From Candidatus Kuenenia stuttgartensis (lineage in GTDB: Bacteria; Planctomycetota; Brocadiia; Brocadiales; Brocadiaceae), in NCBI RefSeq assembly GCF_900232105.1, contig NZ_LT934425.1:1080001-1112000 (forward strand): a stretch of DNA of 32,000 nt, read 5' to 3'. A model generated the notes under the pieces. It was not told the DNA's origin. It ran no database searches and was given only the letters and a program-made list of their open reading frames with translations. Shown here piece by piece: positions 26,331 to 32,000 of this stretch. The position numbers were made by a program, and so were the translations under genes. Every line of letters begins with the position of its first letter. The first letter of the stretch is position 1.

Positions 26331-28559
26331 ATGGGAAAAGTTAGAATTAGTTCGCTTGCAAAAGAGTTAGGCATTAAAAGTAACAACTTAATTGATAAAT
26401 GCCATGAGAAAGGGTTAACGCATATCAAACACCATGCGAACACCCTTGATCCTGAACAAGTTGAAATGCTAAAAAAACTGTTCCGGCGAACTCCAAATGA
26501 TTCGGCTACAAAAAAGGAACTTAAAGTTAAAGAGGCCATTAAGGTTGATGTAAAAGAACAAAAACGAGAAGATAAGACTATATCGCAGGAAGATAAAGAA
26601 ATCAAAGCTGTTCAACCAGACAAAATTGTTAGATTTCACAAAAGCACACCTCGGCAAAAGCAATCCACGAAAGTTGCACCTTCAAAAGTATTTTGGAAGA
26701 AGAAGCAGGTTGGTGGCCCTTCACATCAAAAAAACAAGGGATGGCGTGAAAGATATGTAGAAGTTAAAAAACCTGTAGTTAAAGAACGAGAGTCGCGTGT
26801 GATTATGGAGACGCCAATTACGGTAAAGGATATATCATCTAAATTAGGAATTCGTGCAAATGAAATTATAACAAAATTGTTGCTCGAGCATAATGTACGC
26901 GCAACAATAAATCAAATCTTAAGCGAAGAAATAGTGCAATTATTAGGCTTGGAGTATAACGTAGAAATAGAAATTAAGAAAAAAGAGGCTTCGGAAGAAT
27001 ACGATTTCGTTGCGGATCAAGTATCCGCAAGAGAGGAAGATAAAGTACTTCGTGCGCCAATAGTTACCTTTTTGGGACATGTTGACCACGGAAAAACATC
27101 GTTACTGGATTGTATTCGCAAGACGAAAGTTGCAGAAGGGGAGGTAGGCGGAATTACGCAACATATAGGCGCACACAAAGTGGAAACAAATGGCAAGCAC
27201 GTTGTGTTTCTAGATACGCCAGGACATGAAGCTTTTACCGCAATGAGGGCGAGAGGTGCAAATGTCACAGACGTAGTAGTCCTTGTGGTTGCAGCAGATG
27301 ATGGAGTGATGCCCCAGACAGAAGAGGCCATTAATCATGCTAAGGCGGCCAATGTACCAATAATTGTTGCAATTAATAAAATTGATAAGCCAAGTGCAAA
27401 TACTTTGCGAGTTAAGCAACAGCTTTCTAATTTAGATTTGATACCTGAAGAATGGAGTGGAAAAACCCCATTCGTGGAGACTTCTGCAATAACTGGAGCA
27501 GGGATTGATACATTATTTGAATTGCTTTGGTTGGAATCGGAAATACTTGAATTAAAGGCTATACCAAAGAATCCTGCAAGGGGCGTTGTCCTGGAGGCCC
27601 ATCTTAGTGAGGGAAGAGGCGTTGTCGCGAATGTAATCATTCAAGACGGAACTTTGCATCAGGGCGATATTATTCTTTGCGGAAGGACATATGGCAGGGC
27701 CCGTCTTTTAATTGATGATAAAGGGAAAGAGATAAAAGAAACAGGCCCAGCCTCGCCGGTTTCAATTTCTGATTTTTCTGATATCCCTGAGGCAGGTGAT
27801 AAGTTTTATGTAGTGAGCGATATACAAAAAGCCAGAGAAATTGCCTTGGAGAAAAGAAACAAAGACAGGGAAACTTCGCTTGCAAAACATCAACATATTA
27901 CCCTGGATAATCTTTATTCCATGATTGCAGATGGTAATGTGAAAGAAATCAAAATAATCTTAAAGGCCGATTACAAAGGCTCTGTTGAAGTATTGAAGAA
28001 GGCCCTGGATGCGCTGTCTACGAGTGAAATTAAGGTGAGGATTTTACATAGTGCTGTTGGTGGCATTACAGAGTCTGATGTACTTCTGGCAGACGCGTCT
28101 GATGCGTTAATTATCGGTTTTTATGTAACCGCAGAAGAAAAAGCGCGTTTACTGGCAGAAGAAAAAGGCGTGGAGATCAGGCTTTATAAGATTATTTATG
28201 ATGCAACTAACGAAATAAAGGCTGCAATGGAAGGAATGCTGGAACCTGAAAAAAAGGAAGTGGTATTAGGTTATGTTGAAATCAGACAGGTGTACAATAT
28301 TTCCAAATACGGTAATATTGCAGGATGTTACGTAAAATCTGGTAAAATTACAAGAAATTCACTTGTTCGTTTGATTCGCGAAAATATTATTATTTATGAT
28401 GGAAAGTTAGAGTCATTAAAAGTCATGAAAGACGATGTAAGAGAGGTGAAAGCTGGATTCGAGTGTGGTTTAAAAATAGCCAATTTCAATGATATCAAAG
28501 TTGGTGATATCGTTGAGGCATACGAAATACAAAAGATTGCCAGAACCCTTTCTGTATAA
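26331..28559 (+). CDS. infB: Translation initiation factor IF-2
   Basis: [38 protein letters not shown], plus IF2_N domains; 742 aa. Confidence 0.98.
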   Translation: MGKVRISSLAKELGIKSNNLIDKCHEKGLTHIKHHANTLDPEQVEMLKKLFRRTPNDSATKKELKVKEAIKVDVKEQKREDKTISQEDKEIKAVQPDKIVRFHKSTPRQKQSTKVAPSKVFWKKKQVGGPSHQKNKGWRERYVEVKKPVVKERESRVIMETPITVKDISSKLGIRANEIITKLLLEHNVRATINQILSEEIVQLLGLEYNVEIEIKKKEASEEYDFVADQVSAREEDKVLRAPIVTFLGHVDHGKTSLLDCIRKTKVAEGEVGGITQHIGAHKVETNGKHVVFLDTPGHEAFTAMRARGANVTDVVVLVVAADDGVMPQTEEAINHAKAANVPIIVAINKIDKPSANTLRVKQQLSNLDLIPEEWSGKTPFVETSAITGAGIDTLFELLWLESEILELKAIPKNPARGVVLEAHLSEGRGVVANVIIQDGTLHQGDIILCGRTYGRARLLIDDKGKEIKETGPASPVSISDFSDIPEAGDKFYVVSDIQKAREIALEKRNKDRETSLAKHQHITLDNLYSMIADGNVKEIKIILKADYKGSVEVLKKALDALSTSEIKVRILHSAVGGITESDVLLADASDALIIGFYVTAEEKARLLAEEKGVEIRLYKIIYDATNEIKAAMEGMLEPEKKEVVLGYVEIRQVYNISKYGNIAGCYVKSGKITRNSLVRLIRENIIIYDGKLESLKVMKDDVREVKAGFECGLKIANFNDIKVGDIVEAYEIQKIARTLSV

Positions 28560-28860
28560 CAAAAAATATTTTACAAATTTTTAGCGTATGTTTATTATAT
28601 TTGTGTCGTAAAAGACAGTAAAATCAAAAAACACTTGTATCTTGCGACTTGAATACGGAGGATGATATCTCGTATGTGTTTTTTTAAGGATGCTATGCTT
28701 TCGTTAAACACTAAGCCAAATTCTTGTTGTCAAATGAAAGAAAGCAATATTTATCCAAGGTTACACAATAACTAAATTAATTTTAAAAAGAGAGTATATT
28801 TTGTTTGTATTTTAAAATAATTAATATCAACAATTAAATCAATTTTACCCATGCAGCGCT

Positions 28861-29184
28861 ATGAATTTGGAATTTTACAAATCTGACGATACCATAGTTG
28901 GTTTGTTGTGTGTACAATTGATTCTCCGTAATGCGAGAACTTTAAAAGAAAAACGACGTGTCATAAAAAGCTTAAAAGATCGTGTAAAAAATAATTTTAA
29001 TGTCTCAATATCGGAAACAGGTGTATTGGATAATTGTCAGTATTCTAACCTGGGAATTGCGATGGTGGGAAACGACAGACAGTACATAAACAGCACTCTT
29101 TCCAATTTAATTAATATGTTTGAATGTGCATCCTCATTTGAACTTGCCGGATACCGTATGGAATTTATGTATTCCAAGTCGTAA
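28861..29184 (+). CDS. ylxP: DUF503 / YlxP family protein
   Basis: VGLLCVQLILRNARTLKEKRRVIKSLKDRVKNNFNVSISETG; position between infB and rbfA matches known synteny. Confidence 0.85.
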   Translation: MNLEFYKSDDTIVGLLCVQLILRNARTLKEKRRVIKSLKDRVKNNFNVSISETGVLDNCQYSNLGIAMVGNDRQYINSTLSNLINMFECASSFELAGYRMEFMYSKS

Positions 29185-29239
29185 TAAAATGTTTCGTGGG
29201 AGTTTATTTTTATAAAAGGCGGGTTGATTACTACGGCTT

Positions 29240-29617
29240 ATGTCTAAAAGAAGAGCGGAAAGACTATCTGAATTTATTAAACAGGAAGTAAGTAAAATTA
29301 TACTTTATAAAGTAAAAGATCCAAGACTGAGCTTTATAACAGTAACCGAGGTGGATATATCAGCAGATTTGAAAAATGTAAAGGTCTATGTTTCTGTGCT
29401 TGGTAACGAATTGGAGCGGAAAAATACTATGTGTGGGCTGGATCATGCCAAAGGATTTATACAGACGGAATTGGGGTCTTGTTTGCGAATAAAATATACC
29501 CCTCACTTGAAATTTTGCCTGGATGAATTAACTGAAAAACGTAATCGTATCTTAAAAATTATTGACGAAGCTGTTCGTGGAAGTTCTGTAATTGAAAAGA
29601 ATGGATCGGAAGAATGA
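29240..29617 (+). CDS. rbfA: Ribosome-binding factor A
   Basis: RRAERLSEFIKQEVSKIILYKVKDPRLSFITVTEVDISADLKNVKVYVSV. Confidence 0.95.
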   Translation: MSKRRAERLSEFIKQEVSKIILYKVKDPRLSFITVTEVDISADLKNVKVYVSVLGNELERKNTMCGLDHAKGFIQTELGSCLRIKYTPHLKFCLDELTEKRNRILKIIDEAVRGSSVIEKNGSEE

Positions 29618-30486
29618 AAACATTAAATTTTGGTTTGCCGAAAGGCAGTTTGCAAGAATCTACTATTGACATGATGAAAAAAGCGGGCTATACGGTTCGC
29701 GTCAATTCTAGGTCATATTACCCCACAATTGATGATGATGAAATAACTATAAGATTAATTAGGCCGCAGGACATGTCAAGGTTTGTGGAAAAAGGTATTA
29801 TTGATGCGGGTCTAACGGGCGCTGACTGGGTAAAAGAGGCAGGTTCCGACGTTAAAGTAGTGGTGAACCTTGTCTATGCGAAACAACAACTCACAAAGGT
29901 CAAATGGGTATTGGCCGTTCCGGAGGATTCAGAAATAAGGTCTGTGCAGGATCTAAATAATAAAAGCATTGCTACGGAGTTGGTTAATGTTACCAGACAA
30001 TATCTTGCGGAGAAAGGAATTGTCGCTGATATTGAATTTTCTCATGGTGCAACAGAAGCAAAGGCGCCTGCTTTGGTTGATGCGATCGTAGAGCTTACCG
30101 AAACAGGCAGCAGTCTCAGGGCTAATAAACTTCGAATAATAGATACAATTATGGAGTCGGCAACCCAGCTTATCACTAATCACCAGTCATGGAAAGATGA
30201 TTGGAAACGCACAAAAATAGAAAATCTTGCCATGCTTTTTGAAGGAGCAATCATTGCACGTGAAAAAGTTGGATTAAAAATGAATGTACCTGGAGATTCC
30301 CTGGAAAAGGTATTAAAACAATTGCCTGCACTGAGGAAACCCACGGTCTCGACCTTAAGCGAAGGTGCCGGCTATGCGGTTGAAACAATGGTAGATCAAA
30401 GCATCGCGAGAAACATTATTCCGGCATTAATTAGGGCAGGGGCTGAAGGAATTATTGAATATCCATTAAATAAAGTAATACTTTAA
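29614..30486 (+). CDS. hisG: ATP phosphoribosyltransferase (long-form-like)
   Basis: LNFGLPKGSLQESTIDMMKKAGY, GIDAGLTGADWV-type motif, SNKLRIIDTIMESATQLI; ATGA overlap with rbfA. Confidence 0.93.
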   Translation: MKTLNFGLPKGSLQESTIDMMKKAGYTVRVNSRSYYPTIDDDEITIRLIRPQDMSRFVEKGIIDAGLTGADWVKEAGSDVKVVVNLVYAKQQLTKVKWVLAVPEDSEIRSVQDLNNKSIATELVNVTRQYLAEKGIVADIEFSHGATEAKAPALVDAIVELTETGSSLRANKLRIIDTIMESATQLITNHQSWKDDWKRTKIENLAMLFEGAIIAREKVGLKMNVPGDSLEKVLKQLPALRKPTVSTLSEGAGYAVETMVDQSIARNIIPALIRAGAEGIIEYPLNKVIL

Positions 30487-30706
30487 CGACCCGTAACTAT
30501 TTAACCAATTGAAGTATTATAGCACCATCATGCCACTTTCCCTGCACTTAATAGTCGCTATTTTTTAAAGAAGGCTCGATACGGACAATCGGTAGCTTTA
30601 TACGGATTCGTCGTATAGCGTATTTTCCATTAGGTAGAGGTATTGCTTCGCCAGTAGTTACTTGCTATTTTATTTAAAGCTTGCAAAGTGTAAAAAGAAA
30701 TATGAA

Positions 30707-31966
30707 ATGTTTTGTAAATCATTTACCATTATTGTTTTATCCGTAATTATCTTCTTTCTGGAGTTTTTGGGATGTAGTAATGTTACCATTAGGAAAAATT
30801 CTCCCACATCCGGAGAAGGGGTATTTCTACACTTAAAAAGAATGGAAGATGCGTTTTCCTACTTTAGTGCGGGGTACTTTTTTTTACTAGAGAGAAATTG
30901 GGAAATGGCTGCTGATAATTTTGAAAAGGCGAATGAAATAGACCCCAATTCTGAGAGGGTCATAAAGCATTTGGCTACCTGTTATTTTCAATTAGGCAAG
31001 AATGAAAAAGCTATAAATGCCCTCGAAAAACTTGCGAATCAAACCCCACAGGAATTCAGCCTTCATTACACACTGGCCACTCTCTACGAAGCAGTTGACA
31101 GAAAGAAAGAGGCAATTTCGGAATATGAATATGCCAGAAAATGTAAAATTACCAAACTGGACGAAGTTTTTCTGGCAGACTCCCTCTATCGGCTTGCAAA
31201 TATTTATATAGAACTGGGCATGATAGAAAAAAGTGCGGAGTGTTTTAAAACCATGTTTAATATGAACATTATTGCCCGCCCGGCAAAGTTTCATTATGAA
31301 ATTGGGTTAAAATACTTTGAGAAAAACATTGTTGATATGGCGCTGGAACATTTTTTGAAAGCAAAAAAATATGATCCGGAACTAACTTTTTCGAGTTTTT
31401 ATATAACACTATGTTATGATATTTTAAATGATCATGATACTGCTGTTGAAGAAGCGAAGGAATTTCTTCTTAAAGAACCTGAAAACTGGATAATGCGCCT
31501 TACACTCTCTGAAATTTATGAGAAATTGGGAAAAAAAACGGAAAGAAATGGAGAAATAGAAAAAATTAAGGAAATTCTCGAAAACAACATAGAGATAGGC
31601 AGCAGGAATCCAAGAGAATATTTTTTACTCTGTCAGATATATAGCAGCCAGAATAACATTGACGAAGCGACAAAAACAATTGAAAAAATGAGATTGTTAC
31701 CATTAGAAGCAGAAACAGAAAAAGATGTTCACTTTATGTTGGCCAATCTTTATTACCAATGTCAAAAATATGATACGGTGGAAAAAGAATTGCGTTTGGC
31801 CATAAAGATAGACCCTGATTTTCACGAAGCCAATAATTTCCTTGGATATTTTTTTGCGGAAAATAACAGAAATATTGACGAGGCAATTACATTAATCAAT
31901 AGAGCCCTTGACTCTCAACCAAAAAATGGCGCGTATCTTGATCAGCTTGGGTTGGGCATACTATAA
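30707..31966 (+). CDS. TPR-repeat lipoprotein; apparent frameshift near the 3' end, true gene probably continues past the window
   Basis: MFCKSFTIIVLSVIIFFLEFLGCSN gives a lipobox-like signal; many TPRs. The final TPR changes frame at 31943-31953 (see findings). Confidence 0.75.
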   Translation: MFCKSFTIIVLSVIIFFLEFLGCSNVTIRKNSPTSGEGVFLHLKRMEDAFSYFSAGYFFLLERNWEMAADNFEKANEIDPNSERVIKHLATCYFQLGKNEKAINALEKLANQTPQEFSLHYTLATLYEAVDRKKEAISEYEYARKCKITKLDEVFLADSLYRLANIYIELGMIEKSAECFKTMFNMNIIARPAKFHYEIGLKYFEKNIVDMALEHFLKAKKYDPELTFSSFYITLCYDILNDHDTAVEEAKEFLLKEPENWIMRLTLSEIYEKLGKKTERNGEIEKIKEILENNIEIGSRNPREYFLLCQIYSSQNNIDEATKTIEKMRLLPLEAETEKDVHFMLANLYYQCQKYDTVEKELRLAIKIDPDFHEANNFLGYFFAENNRNIDEAITLINRALDSQPKNGAYLDQLGLGIL

Positions 31967-32000
31967 AAAAGCGCAAATAGAAGAAAGAGATGATTATTTA

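Noticed and set aside
26118-27885. Multiple antisense/alternate-frame ORFs over nusA and infB
   Set aside because: Shadows of highly conserved nusA/infB coding frames; no independent support.

Overview
This 32 kb bacterial window is gene-dense and mostly housekeeping. Gene content suggests an anammox-type planctomycete (Brocadiales, perhaps Kuenenia-like), but that is inference and no database search was run. On the minus strand, left to right: a truncated BadF-type activase fused to an HgdB-like dehydratase domain, a small heme-copper-oxidase-like membrane protein, CvpA, a YdbH/AsmA-like protein, archaeal-type phosphoglycerate mutase, a two-subunit class I fumarase, and a 2-oxoacid:ferredoxin oxidoreductase gamma subunit. 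A plus-strand glycan cluster follows (8001-15927): a TPR-GT4 fusion, two CgeB-like GTs, UDP-GlcNAc 2-epimerase, and two tandem GT2-TPR fusions. Next on the minus strand: ResB/CcsA cytochrome c maturation genes with a PpiC lipoprotein, tRNA-Leu(UAA), tRNA-Cys(GCA), a cytochrome b / diheme cytochrome c fusion with a Rieske protein, YceI, pyrF, and trpG/pabA. The right end (plus strand) holds nusA, infB, ylxP, rbfA, hisG, and a TPR lipoprotein with an apparent frameshift. The main unexplained signals are: (1) a 110-bp dispersed repeat in three equal-length copies; (2) a 33-bp perfect inverted repeat nested between two of them; (3) a promoter / structured RNA / strong intrinsic terminator cassette upstream of nusA with no upstream ORF on that strand; (4) the activase-dehydratase fusion; (5) the TPR/GT fusion cluster. 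No CRISPR array, transposase or phage module was seen.
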